From NCBI RefSeq assembly GCF_009914755.1, contig NC_060942.1: a stretch of DNA of 64,000 nt. One strand, given 5' to 3'. A program made the position numbers and the translations under genes. This DNA comes from the human T2T-CHM13v2.0 reference genome, Homo sapiens. Shown one piece after another: positions 44,448 to 57,700 of the stretch (position 1 is its first letter; every line of letters begins with the position of its first letter). The notes under the pieces were generated by a model. That model did not search any database. It saw only the letters and a list, made by a program, of their open reading frames with translations, and had not been told where the DNA came from.

Positions 44448-47400
44448 TTATTTTCTTAAGAGTAAGTGTTAAGTTATTTAATCCAATAGGAATTCATCTG
44501 CATATGCTTTGTATGGCCTACTAACTCATTTCCTCTTCATATTACTTCCTATTCTACCATTATGATGATCAAATGGATCTCAAAGAAGTTTGTAAAAATC
44601 ACAAGCCACAACGTGAGTTATAAATTTGACCCCAATTTTGTAACCTTTGCATGTATTTATTTAATAATCACTTCAGAGTTAAAGCTGCATGTTAGGGTCC
44701 TTTCCCTTTGATTTTATTCTGTTCAGATTCTCAAAATGTTTGCTTCATGCAATTTGCATAATTTTTTTAATATGTAAAGATGAGGGGAGAAGGAAAACAA
44801 AAGTGAGAATGGATGAAAGTAACTTACCATCAAAGTACGAGGAAAGCTAGCTACTCAGCTAAATAAAAATAACATATTTAGTGATTTGTAATGTAAGAAT
44901 AAAATGAACTCACTTGGGTCTCAAGAGGTCTGCAATATGATCTTTGCAAAAGGTAGCTTGCCAATTTAATTGAGGCAGGAGTTATTTAATTTTTTTACAG
45001 GTATAGTTTTCAATAAAACTACATATGCCTATAATACTGCAATGGCAGATGTGTCTCGATTATTAGAGGTGGGCTCGAGGGAATACATACAATGGATCTT
45101 GAAATCTGTAAGCAGCTGTTTGCAGGGGGCTGAAATGATGGGGAGGGCATTGTTCCACACACACATGTTCTTTAAGTGCACCAATATTTTGTTATTTTAC
45201 TGCAGGTATATTACAGAGATGAAATTTAATAACTTACTGTATACAATGCCAATAAAACTAAAAAGATTCAGTGCCCTGCTGTTCATTATCATGGTACAAA
45301 TGAGCTCAGGATATTCTGTGTGCTTGCACAGTAAAACCCCAACACACAGAGACCCCCCCATGTACAGAACTCTAGAGGGTGGGTCCTGCCTAATAACCTC
45401 AATGATACTCCTACATAATTATTCCGAAGCACGGAATTGTTATTGTCGCAAATGCATATAAACATGGCTTTGAGGTAGCTTGAAAATAACATATATCTGG
45501 TATTCAAGTCATAGAAATTGTTCATTGGAAGATGTCTTCTAAAAGGAGAGGAAAATGGAGATAAAGGGTATGTAGCTTTCATTAAGAACCCTAAGAATGC
45601 TAACAGTGATAATATATTCTATTCAACGAGATCTGGTGAAGTGCCGGGCGAAAGTCGCTCTCCCGCCAAAATGTAACTTTGCCCTTTGTTAAGTACAAGA
45701 AATGTCTGACAAAAATAAGTGCCATACTATGAAAAAAGCAACATTTGCATGTTGGAAATGCTAAGGCAAATGCAAAGAAATATTCTTGTCGGTTTCTGTT
45801 TTCTCCTCCCTATGAAACTACTTCTATGAGATTAGAAAACAACACGCTGAACATGAAAGGTCCATGCTTTAGGAAGCTCAGTTGATCTGTGAGTGAAAGC
45901 ACATGTAAACAAACCCACGTCAATATCCACAGAGCGCACACAATTTTTCAAAGAATGGGGTGCTTCAATTCTAAGCAGGTTATCACTATCAGGCACGGCA
46001 GCAGACTCAACGATATATGCTTCTTTTCTAAAGTCTTTTTTTCTGAAGTCCTTAATAAGTCCATTACTTCAGATTACAGGCTTCTGTTGCTATCTTTCAG
46101 TGTTGCCAATATTTTAATTTGGGGGTTCAGTTTTAAAGAGTTTCAGTAAAAAGCTCTCAACAATAAAATAATATCAAGCATGACGTTCAATAAATATTTC
46201 TGTCATTTCACATTGAAACACTATCCTGATGTTGAATTTTGAGTATACTGCCTTTCTTACAGAAGGAGGCTATAGAGCTACACTGATCTCTACATGATAT
46301 GTAGATACGTTTCAACATTAAATTATATCAGATACACCTCAGCATTAAATCAATTATTTCTTTAGTCATTAATTGATTTTTCCCCTTTGTCTTTACACCT
46401 ATCAGAAACATAAAGATGAAGAACTGTAGTCCTAATTGCTAGAAGCTATTTTAAAAACGCTTAATGGTTTTCATAAGAAAAGAGAAGTTAATCCCATGAT
46501 TCTGGTGAAATTTCAATTTGGATACTAGGAGTCCATTTCTTCGGTGTCTCATAAATCATCTCAAAGCAATTTCAATGGCTTTTTATGCACTAACTGCCTG
46601 AACTGTTGTTGTATAAAACTTGCCTATGCTCCTAGCACATATTCTGTTGTTTCATATATTTTACTTGAGGGCTAAATGCCATAATCGAAAAATTATTGGG
46701 GCATATTTAAGAACCTGCTAAAGGTATTGTTTCAGAATCTCGCTGTATGTAGCTCTTGTGTTTTTGGAACAATAATGTGATCTATAATGAATCCAAATTT
46801 ATATAATAGCAAACCATATTCTGCCTACATTGCACAAAAAGCAAAGCCAAAACATAATCTATACATTTTTAAGAAAGTGTTCACGCTGTTGCTAAAATGT
46901 GAATTGGCATATTCCACCCCAGCCTTTTCACAGGAAATCCTCATTGGTTTTAAGGAAATTGCACATGCTAATTCTGAGGATGTTACTGAATAGATTATTC
47001 ATATAATCTTTTTTTCCCCCCCTTAAGGCTGGGCAGTCAGGAACGATGCGATCTGCCCTCCGCTATGCCTTTCCCTACTGACTGTTCAGAGTTCTAGCTA
47101 ACCCTGAACGGAGCTGAGTGCAGCTACTCTGTTGTAGATACTGTGTCAGGCCCAGATCCCCCAGTGGGCCTGGAATCGACCAGACAGGGTTTTCTAGATG
47201 AGAACTAATATGGACTTCTGAGCCTAAAAACTCCTTCATGGGCTTAAGTAGCAGGGAACCCAAGTTGGAAAGCACTGGCTTTGAAACAAAACATCTTAGA
47301 GTTCAGAGTCTGGCTCTGAAACTTACTTGAAGCAAATGATTTGAGGTCTACTTGCTTTACTTCTCTGAGCATCCCTTTCTTAATTATTAAGGGACAATAA

Positions 47401-47899
47401 TATTAACCAACTCAGAGATTTATATTGGCACCTAATACTAGTTACTCAGGCTTCCTTTAGATTAAGCCCAAACTATCTTTTAGAAATTCACTCATTTTGA
47501 CATTCACTATCAACCATGTCTGGATTGTGCAAGGACTGAGGCAGGGATTATTAGCTGATCCCTGATAGCGCAGCTTCACAGAGCACCACAGCAACCCCCT
47601 CGAGTCGGCCAGTCAACTACTGATGATCAACCTTGTGAGATGTTTACTAGCAATTATAGAGTGGCAATATGAGAATCAGAGAAACACAGCTAGGGGCACA
47701 GAGGTTGTTGCAAGGTTCCAAATTTCACCAAAAGAATACTGAAGTTTAGTTTACAAGGAAACATGCCTACAATTACCTCCCTCCTCTTACAATTAAAGCC
47801 TCTCTGACCATCAGCCTGAGCCATAACTACTTTTCTTATCAATATACCTTAAGAGATTTCAAGAATACTTTAATGCTTCCAACATCCTCCAGGTAAGGA

Positions 47900-49100
47900 A
47901 ACATTAGAAACAGTAATTGTTATGACACTTATATAAAATATGAAACATGAAACTGATAGTGTTAAAATGAATGATGAAAGAAACTGCCCTTTTATAGAAG
48001 AATACTAGCTATAAATGTGGAAGGAATGATGGAATTTTAAAAGAATCACCAGTTTGAAGTCTTCAGTTGAAATAACTGATTCAGGCAAGGGTCATCAATG
48101 TGTGCTAAAACTATTAGGTCAAAGGTTGTTGGGAAAAAGGGGTATCTGTCCATTGCTAAAGTATCAATACAAAGACTATTTGTTAATTGCAGATGGGGAA
48201 AGATTCCTTTACAATGGAACAATCCAGTGGTCACCACTTTTGCCAAGTGATTAAAGTTAGCATTACCAACAGCAGCATAGCTCAATATTCTGTTGGAATG
48301 TAATTTGATATACACAGCACCCCCAATGAAGTACTCCAGCCGAAAATGTTTAACCTGAACCTGCATAAACCTTTAGAACTAATTTTAAATTTGTAGGCAA
48401 AACAAGTGATGAACAAAATTAAACAGCACCACAAGGAAACGAAATCTAATAATTCTAGAAAGGGGAATGTTTTATAGGACAGTTGGCCTGGTCTCTTTAA
48501 AGTCACTATCATTCAAACAAACCAACAAAAAAATTACTTGGGAAAATCCCAAGCCCAGAAGTTTGAGTCCAGCCTTGGCAACATAGCGATACCCCATCCC
48601 TAAAAAATAAATTACACAATTTAAAAAAGAATACAAATAGAGGAACAGCTCTAGTTTAAAAGAAATTATAAAGAGACATAGAAATCAAATGACACGCGTA
48701 AATGGCATTTTAGTTGCCTTTTTTAAGAAAGCTACTGAAGACATTTGCATGAGGACAACTGAAGAAATCTGAATATGGACTGAGATTAAGAAACTACTGT
48801 TAATCTCTTTAGGGATAATAACAGTATGTTAGTTAGGCAAATGTCTTATTTTTAAGAGACATGTACTGAAAAATCTATGGGTGCATTCTTATTAAATCTG
48901 CAACTTAAAATGGTTGGTTCACTGAAAAATATGTATTCTTATACATATTATACATACACACAAGAAAATACTGTATAACAAATACAAACAACTGTTTAAC
49001 CTAAATAGCAGGTATGTGGCATTCATTTTATTATTTTTTCAACTGTTCTGGATGCTCAAAAATTTATGCTATGTAAGGTTAAAAATAAAAATAAATAAAT
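47900..49100 (+). mobile_element. L1MC-type 3' UTR remnant with an Alu fragment at about 48540-48612
   Basis: gattcaggcaagggtcatcaatg, aaatgtttaacctgaac, ttataggacagttggcctggtctcttt, gaaatctgaatatggactg. Confidence 0.7.
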
Positions 49101-50804
49101 AGAGCTCGATTTTCCCCGTTAACATCCAGGAAGCTGCTGGTGGGGATAGAAGGGAAGGTATACAAGATCCCTTGGTTTTTCTCCTGAGTATCTAACACAC
49201 CACTACAGGGTCAATAAGTATTTCTTAACCAATGCAATGAAAGAATGGACCCATTCTCCCCTTTGATAAGTACCGGCTGACTTTTGAAAGAAGGGTATAT
49301 ACCCATAACAATCCCCCAAAATGAATAAGCCGCTGCCCGAAAAATACCGCTCAGGGACACAGCTGCGATGACATATATACTGCAAACTCAGGCCCTGTGA
49401 TGTCTGAAACTGTCACAATTTAAAATATCCTGTCCTACCATTCACACTGCTACATTTCAATGTTCGGACCAGGATGCTGACCTTTGGTTCCAACAACACC
49501 TCTGCCAGAACCACAGATCATCTATAATTCCCTCATTCAGGCCTTTCCAGATATACAGGCCTAGAACAGTGAAGTCACCAGGTGAATGAGACGATTCAAC
49601 CCCCCAAAAAGTCAGAGTGGGTGTCTCTCCACGGTATGACTTTGGTGTCCTTCCAGAGCCTGCACAGCATGTTAGAAGGAAGAGCTTCCAAAGGACTTTT
49701 TTGGGAGAGTGCAGTTTTCTGGTTTTCGTAGGCATGAAAAAGATGCTCACAATATGGTTCATGTACATTGCTATTCAGACCTTACTCCCTCAAAATGGCT
49801 TCCAAAAGTGATGCTGAGGAAAGAAACACTAGGTCATTGCAATTTTTGCCCTGCTAGGCACATGGTACACATTCAGGATAAAGCAGACATGGTCCCTGCC
49901 CTCCAGGAGTTTACAGAATCCTGTGGAAATCAGCATGCAACAAACACATAAAAATGATGGCAAATTTTAAAAAGCACGATGAAGACAGGTGCTAAGGCCC
50001 TGCAAGGGAGAGCTTCCCAGGAAGGATGCATAAGACCTCGATGGATGTGCTGAACACTCAGGATAAACACTTAGGCATCTTAGTAAATTAAAAAGCGATG
50101 TGTATTTCTGCTTGCGCAAGGCCTAATTGGCCTCAATTGCCAATTTCGTAATAAACAAAATAATTTTGTACGGTTTTCACTTACATCCTTTCTATTTTGA
50201 CTTTAGATAAGAAAAACTAAAAGAGGCCAAAAGTTTAGAATTAAGTCATTTGTAATACCTATTGAATCAAAAGTAAAAATAACAAGACAAAGAAATCAAT
50301 TCTGAAATGTGAAATTCATTTTGGAATCAACTACATGCTTAATTTCGATGAACCAAAAATGAGCAAGCCTATGGGCAAACTAAGAAAATATGTTTCCTCC
50401 CTGGTCTCCAAGTTTCTGGAAATTAACAACAACCTCCTAGATTAGGTCTAATTCTTAAATTCCATTAGTCATTTTAAGATGTAAACATTAAATAACTGTA
50501 TCAGCAAAGTCCTATTTGATCACTTGCTGAAGAAGAAAAAGAATTTGGATGAGGTTAAAGCCTTGGACTTCACTAGAGAAAACAAGATATGGGCTGGGAC
50601 ATTCAGTTGTGGAATTCTATATAAAGATTTGAAGATTTTCACTATATCACTAATTTTCACTGCCTTTTAAATGAAGTTCATATGCAATATATTTCCATGC
50701 CTTGAATAATCAAATTAATGCAAAAAGCCTAAAAGCATTTTCAAGGTCATATGTTGAACACAAGTCATTAATACAGGGTATATTTCTACAGAACATTCTA
50801 GGAA

Positions 50805-50903
50805 ATGATAAAACCTAGCTGCACATTAGAATAACCTGGGGAGTTGTCAGAAAAGCACAGGCCCAGCTCACAAGATTCTAATTTGATTGGTCTCAGATAG
50901 GCA
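50805..50903. mobile_element. MER5-like hAT-Charlie fragment
   Basis: gctgcacattagaataacctggggag...gattctaatttgattggtct. Confidence 0.6.
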
Positions 50904-50906
50904 GCT

Positions 50907-50932
50907 TTCTTTCTCTCTCTCTCTCTCTCTCC

Positions 50933-51006
<74 letters not shown>
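50907..51006 (+). repeat. (CT)n(CA)n compound microsatellite
   Basis: Read directly. Confidence 0.95.
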
Positions 51007-51008
<2 letters not shown>

Positions 51009-52080
51009 ACTAAAAATGAAACCATGGCTTTAGACCTGGGCTATATCCCAGAAAGAAAATACAAACAATTCCTGATAATCAACTCTAAACTTCCATTTAA
51101 GGGGAGAAGTAATAACAAGTATTTGTTTTGATATCATCATCTCATTAAAAAAATAGATTTTAGCAAAATTTAAAAGTTTGCAAATCACCCAACATTCTAT
51201 TCAAAGCAGCAAAAAGAAACCAAAACAAATGACATTTTTTCCCTTCTGGCATTTGCAATGATGCCCATTAAGTTTTAGTTATTGGCTATTATAGTATTAA
51301 GGTTGGACTAGCTTGCAAAAAACTTTATTCCCACTCATTTTCGTTTCTGTCAGACTTTCCATTATAAATTTCATTTTCTCTGCCAGTTAAAAGGAGTATG
51401 AGGTTACCATTTGGCAAGAACATGTTAAGCTGGGTGTGATTTCTGTACCCCAATTTGATTTAAATTAGTTTTGTCATATTTAGTAAGAACTCAAAAAAGT
51501 TCGTTTGGCTACTTTTGCTTATCTATTGATTCATTTTCAACACAATTTTAAAAGTCTCAAAAAGTCACCATGTTTATTTCTGATAACTTCAGGTGGAAAT
51601 GCATTAATGAAATAATATCTCATTACTATTTTTAATGAAAACAACTTAATTGCTAATAAAGAACCTGCCGGCTTTCATTCTTCTGCTAAAATATATCCAT
51701 TTAAAAAAGCGTCATATGTCCATCAGTATTAGTGTTAAATCCTTAGGAGAAATCTAAAATATATATCTATTTTTAACTTGATATATTTCTGAAACAACAC
51801 ACGTCTCACAATAATAATGTATTCCTCCAGGACAGCGCTTTGCTACCTGTTGCTTACCACCACTCTGTCTCTACACCAAACAAAAGGCTATTGAGACTGG
51901 AAGAAGCATGTTTCCATATAGCACTGCTCACCCCTTTAAGTCCATAGGATACACTGTTATAATACGATAAAGCAGCTTTTGGAGCTCCTTAGGGCACACC
52001 ATCTGAAGGTTTCCTATTCCGTATCTCAATCATGTAGTAAACAGAAGAAAACAAAAGCCTCCCCTCCACGAGTCACTCAC

Positions 52081-54400
52081 CTTGTCACACAGTGGGGAAT
52101 CATTTCAGCTGTGATCTGCTATTTAGACTTGAAGCCCAAGATACTGAGATTTTGCCTTTCTCTTTGGTTTGCATAGCTGATGTTGTAGACAGGGATTCAA
52201 ATAACAATACGGCACAAGAGAAACTGATTCACTGGAAGACACACTATGGTCTGTTCTATTCTCAAATTTCACAGAAAGCAGAAATTCATACTCTGTACAT
52301 TTTTCATCTTCAGTCCCTATTTTCCCTCTGTCAGCAAATTTCCAAAATTTCACTTTTATTTATCCCTAAGTAATCACACTGTTTATGGAGATTGCTGCGA
52401 CCACGCTAAGCACAGAGATAGTAGACTCTTGCAAGACTCACAACCATGAAGCACAAATTAAGAATGAAGGAATCTCCACACTCCACGGCTACATTACGAA
52501 GGCTTTTTAAGAAAAGCATATGCAGTCATAGTGCTATATACAAAAGAATTTTCCTGGACATTAATGCCTCAAAACGAACCTCCCAAGGCCCAGAAATTCA
52601 GCCATCACATGCCAATCCATCCACCTCTCTTCCACCCTCTGCCCCTTTCCACTTCTCACCTTGTGTTTGGAAAAAAAAAAAAATTAACTTCAGTTTCACC
52701 CGAGGGAAGTATTCCCCACAAACGGAGAAAGGAGGGTCTGTGTTCTGCACATACACAGACAGACTCACACGGTCTGGATGATGCTTTCACAAGTTAAGGG
52801 GCCTCACGCTTACTCAGCAGAGGAAATCTTTGTGTCTGTGAGGAATCACGCCAATTCCTATTAGTAAGAAAGGATACAGGGGTGAGGAAGCCTATTCTCT
52901 CAATGACCAGAAAAAGGGGCCCAGCGAAAACAGAGACCTCTGCCATGACCATCTGCAGAAAGGAAGGATGTTGTCAACTTTCTTCTCCCCAAAACTCTAA
53001 TGACCTCCGCCTTGACCCTCAGAAACCAGACCCACAGGAACACGGTCTTCTGCAGGAACTGAGAGCTTTACACCAGAGACACAGCACTCAGAGGCTTGTC
53101 GCCCAGGCTATCTAGCCCGAACATTTGCACTCACATTCCAAAGATGTTTCCGTTGCGCTGGAATGGCTGTAAATTTCTTTCCTGCAGAATTCTTTCCAAA
53201 CAAACTGCCATGAACTGCACTCCGGCAGGAGCTCTTAACCAAGCACTGTTCACCTCAATGCAACAAATCTTTCAGATGCCGAATATGACTGAATTGGTGG
53301 CTGGGCCAAGGGAGTAAACTTTAAAAATGCAAATATATACAGGGAAAAAACAAACACACCAACCCACCAGAAGTCGTACCTTCCTATGTCTGGTACGTAA
53401 AGGAAACTTTCCTCATAGGCTCGATTTAATTACAAAAACAAAACTTTGCTTACATTTTTCAGGGGTATATTAAATGGGCTGTTTAAAATAAAATTAAAAT
53501 AGATTTTTTTCCCCCATCAAGAACATCAGAGGGTGAGAGAGTTCAAGAGAGTAAGCATCCCCTTTCCAGCATTTGAAAAAAAAAAAGTACATTTTGTTTG
53601 CGTGAATAATAAAAACAGTAGAGAGCTCTGAATATTAAAGAGGATTATTAAATTCCATCAAGAGTTTTCCAAAGTAAGAAACCAATGCACTTATAAAAAG
53701 GAAGTATAAATTTTTAAAAAAGATTTTAAATACATGATTAATACTGATACTGAACTGAAAAAGAAAGCATCTATAAAAACTCAGTTGTCTTGAAACAAAG
53801 CTTATACTTTTAGCTATTGACAGTATTTTTAGAAATAGGCTCTCTCTGGAGAGTTTAAAGTATACAAATGCAAAGTGCCCAGAGACACAAACACACACAT
53901 GCTATACCTTTGTATTACACTGGCATTTTATTATTTAATTAAAGTACTCTTATTTTTCTAGCTCACGCATGCTTCCCTTGAGACGGCTTTGCTGTTAGCC
54001 TGCTGGCCTTGACTTCCAGCCAAAAACAATTCAGAAACAAAAAGGGACAACAAATCATATTTTCACAGACATTTTTATCCCTCAATACAACCCTGTTTTC
54101 ACACAACATCATACAGCCCCTATGAAAACTATAATTTAGGGCAATAGCCACCCGAAACCCAGGGTCTGACACATGACTCCGCGAAGTATTTCCTGCGTAA
54201 GAAATTCTTAAGTTCTTAATTGCAAATAAACTCTTTTAATAGAACCACTTTCACCGACATTGCTGGTTTGCAAACAGTGCCACTGGTACCGGCTGATGGA
54301 TTAAAAAATAAAAACAAGCCCATGAATGTAGTTCTGATACAGCAGCGATCTAAAGATGAGGTGTTTATTAGTTCTAAGCTCTGTGTTATTTCATTACTTA
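52081..54400 (-). promoter_or_regulatory. TCF4: Internal TCF4 promoter region with probable non-coding alternative first exons
   Basis: Minus-strand donors AAG|gtgagt (52081), TGA|gtaagc (52814), CTG|gtgggt (53368), AAG|gtacga (53380) and TGC|gtgagc (53967) in repeat-free sequence with raised CpG. TCF4 is known to have several 5' exons splicing to the MDMGNP exon. Transcription starts cannot be placed from sequence. Confidence 0.55.
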
Positions 54401-54533
54401 AAGAGAGAGCCATCATCTGACTTGCCGGTGCATCTTTGGTGTCACAGTTTAAAATGCATCATCTAATTTAGAAAACAAACTGATTTACCAGGTTAATCCT
54501 CTCAACCCTTCCGCAACAGAGATTCTCACTTAC

Positions 54534-54598
54534 CTGGTGGCAACCCTGTAAGTTTGATTCTCTCCCATAAGATGAGTATGAGCCCCTTTCTGTTTTAC
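54534..54598 (-). CDS. TCF4: TCF4 internal coding exon (65 nt; RefSeq exon 6 as recalled), [21 protein letters not shown]
   Basis: Acceptor ttctcttggcag|GTAAAACAG, donor CACCAG|gtaagt. Ends in phase 0, matching exon 1974-2103 across a 52,430-nt intron (2104-54533). Confidence 0.97.
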
Positions 54599-54700
54599 CT
54601 GCCAAGAGAAACGACAAAAAAGTGTAAATTGTGTTTTTCCTTAAAAAAAAATCTCCTCCAGGTAACAGACATCTACTGCTCTTCCCCGATGTTTACATAC

Positions 54701-54794
54701 GTAAAGTAGGCACTACTGGCAATGTATGCAAGCAAGAGAGGGAATAACACTTCCTCACTCTGGCTATGATAAACTGGAAAAAAATATCCTTCAT
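54701..54794 (-). CDS. TCF4: Coding part of a TCF4 alternative first exon (MKDIFFQFIIARVRKCYSLSCLHTLPVVPTL-R; TCF4-G-type N-terminus)
   Basis: ATG at 54794-54792, then 31 codons plus 1 nt and donor TTAC|gtatgt. A 102-nt intron leads to exon 54534-54598, giving in-frame C|GT = Arg then KTERG. Matches a short-isoform N-terminus I recall. Confidence 0.85.
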
Positions 54795-57700
54795 TCCTAT
54801 TCTTAGCCAAACTGCTCCACACTTCCAAAAACTGTCATTCCAATGGCCTCCACTTTCTCTAACAAACAAATCGTAACTCCTTATTTTCACTTTCTCTTGC
54901 ACAAAATTTAAACAATTTCATTTTTATTTACACAGCAGGCAAATTATCTATGTAATGACCCTAGCCTAGTAATTCCCATTGATTATATTGACACTTAATA
55001 GTGAGGCCAAAACTAATCAATCACAGGCTCTCCAGATGGTGAATTTAGCAAAGAAACTATTCAAAATTCTGAGTCTCTCTCTCTCTCTCTTTTTTAAAAA
55101 CTCCCTTTCCCAGGAGTGAACCCCATCATGATCAAGATGATGATGGAATTTACATTTGGGAAACAGGGCTTTTGAAAAATTGCCTACTCTGAACCCAAGT
55201 TCAGATTCCACCAATAGACCCAGCAGGACAAGGGATCATGGAATGTGAATGTCTTGTTCCAATTCTAACAACCCAATTTTTATCTGTAGACTGCTCTACA
55301 GAGATCTATAGACCCTTCGATGCTATTCGGCCACATCTAAGAATAAAATCAAGGGTGTTCATTTGTTTCTTTTTAAAGTTTAACCCCAATAATCATTAGG
55401 GAGGATAATGAAATCACATTACAAGAGATCTAAGCAGTAGAGTCCAGATAGTGACATGTGGAGAATCATTGTAGAAATCTGTCCATACCAGAACATTAAA
55501 AGGGGCTAAAAGAGGCAGGCAGGTGCCTAAGACCCCACCCCACGCAAGTCTAAAGGATACTTCTTTCGTCAAGACTGGAGCTTTACAGTAATTGTACTTG
55601 ATACATAGGACTACAGTATTCCTTTTTCCAACAGGAAAACTCTAAACTTGTATTTTGAGAGGCTGAATAGATTTCCTTCTGAAGTTTACAACCCCCAAGT
55701 TTTCCCCTCTCAACTCAACACGAATGCTAAAAGTAACAGTAGTCTTTTTATCTTTTAGGTCAATGGCAATGGCAATGTTATTAGAGTATGCCTTCCTGAC
55801 CCCACACAAAGAATGTATCTTTGATACATTTATATCCATAAATTTTTCTATGTGGTCAAAAGGGTATCCTGTATCCAAGTCATTACATATATAAAATGGA
55901 TGGTGGTTTTCAAAGAAAGCCAAACCTAAGTCTTAAAATTAACCCCGTTTCCCAGTATTAACTTTTCTACTGATTTTAATGAATCTTAAAGTTGGGAAAA
56001 CACCTCCGCCCCATTTCTGGTCTAGCGCTCAGCGCAAAGTATAAAATCAATGCCCCATATCAGTTTCAATTTCAGTGAAACAAGACACCATCGCACAGAC
56101 TGTCAGTCTTAGAAGATCTAACAGAATAACTTCCATTGTATGAGGATTTTGCACTGAAGAAAAGATACATTTATACTTGTATCAGCAGTGTGAATGGTCA
56201 CAAAGACATATTTACTCATCTGTGTACATCAAATTTAAGCTACTTATACCCTTTAACTTCTCTCTATAAATATTACTAACAGAAAAGGCTCGACCTTCAT
56301 GAGCTATCAAAGGACGCGTGTCCTTCCTTAAGCTCTTGCATCTAAGAATGCTTCAATATCACCATTACATCACTTACTTTGATGTAATATTCACTTGTTT
56401 AACAGGTAGATAGGCAGGCAGGAAGCTGGGCAGGTAAGGAGGCAGGCAGAAAGACAGAAAGATGGATAAAGTAGAATCTGCTCTGACTTCCTAAGAAACT
56501 GAACATCTAGTGTCCTGTTTTGGTAATTTCTAAAAATCCAAATTGTAAAATACAGTTTAAGGAAGAAAAAGCATCTATTTTTTTCTCTAGAAGGAATTCC
56601 TGAAGCTATCCCCTGTAGAATTTCACCACTCAGCATTATTTCCCAACTTGACTCCAACACACAGAACAGGAGGGAGGAATCTTTCTGCCAGGATTTGCCT
56701 CACTTATAGATATAAGTTGGGCTACTCCTTCCATTATTTTAAAGATAAAAGGGCAGGATTTTAAAAGGAGAGAGAGAATAAGTAGGAGAAAAACAAAGAG
56801 AGGAAGAGTGGAATGCAAAGAGCAAGAGGTAGGAAAAGAAAGAGGCAGGAGGGAGAGGAGGAGGAGAAGAATATGAATTCACGCTGCAGAGTCCCCAAAG
56901 TACTCTTGGCTACATGGAACCCAGCATTCTTTACTATCATATCAGATACAGACTGCTTAATCTTAATTTTGCTTGTTAAAAAATATTTATCCAGATACAA
57001 AAATAAACCCACTGCAAATTACAAGTTGTCAGGGTTAAAAATCTACTCCTGTTTGTGTGGGGGAGGATAAGAGACCAGCATAGACATGAATCATTCTCAG
57101 TAATTTGAGTGTTTCCATGACATCAATGGGCACCCGTCCAGGGCTCTGTCGAAGTCTGCGAGGTACCAAAGAGGCAGCACAGCCAGCAGGAGGCTGGGAG
57201 GTGGACTTTTTTTTTTTTTTTTTTTTTTTAAGGATTATGCTCCTTGTAAAGATTTCATCTGTAGCATCCACTTTTACCATCAAATAGATCGGTCCAGAGA
57301 TCATGAACAAACACATTTCATTCTGATAGTGTAAGCTTTTAACTTTATTACATCTTTTTGTTCCCCAATTCAACTATAAATCTGCCCTCAGAGCCAGAAC
57401 CCCTGTTTGGGAGCAAAATAATCAGGCACTGTGGATAAAGCCCACGCACCTTCTCAAACATAAAATCGCGATTCCTATCATTTTTTTTAAAGACTAAAAG
57501 CAGCCATTTTAAAAGGACACCTCAGTTTCTAGAAAAGAAACTATCTTTTGTGTAAATTATCCATTAAAAATTAGCTATGGTCTTGATGTTGATTTTCTGC
57601 TTAAAATTCACTTGGAACATTTGTTTCAGATAATAAAATTTTCAAGAGCGCTGATAACATGTTTGAGTAGGATCCTTAAGTAACTATCTGTGCTCATGAA

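Noticed and set aside
44970-45461. 163-aa plus-strand ORF
   Set aside because: Starts at TTG, has AT-rich intron-like composition and shows no similarity I recognise.
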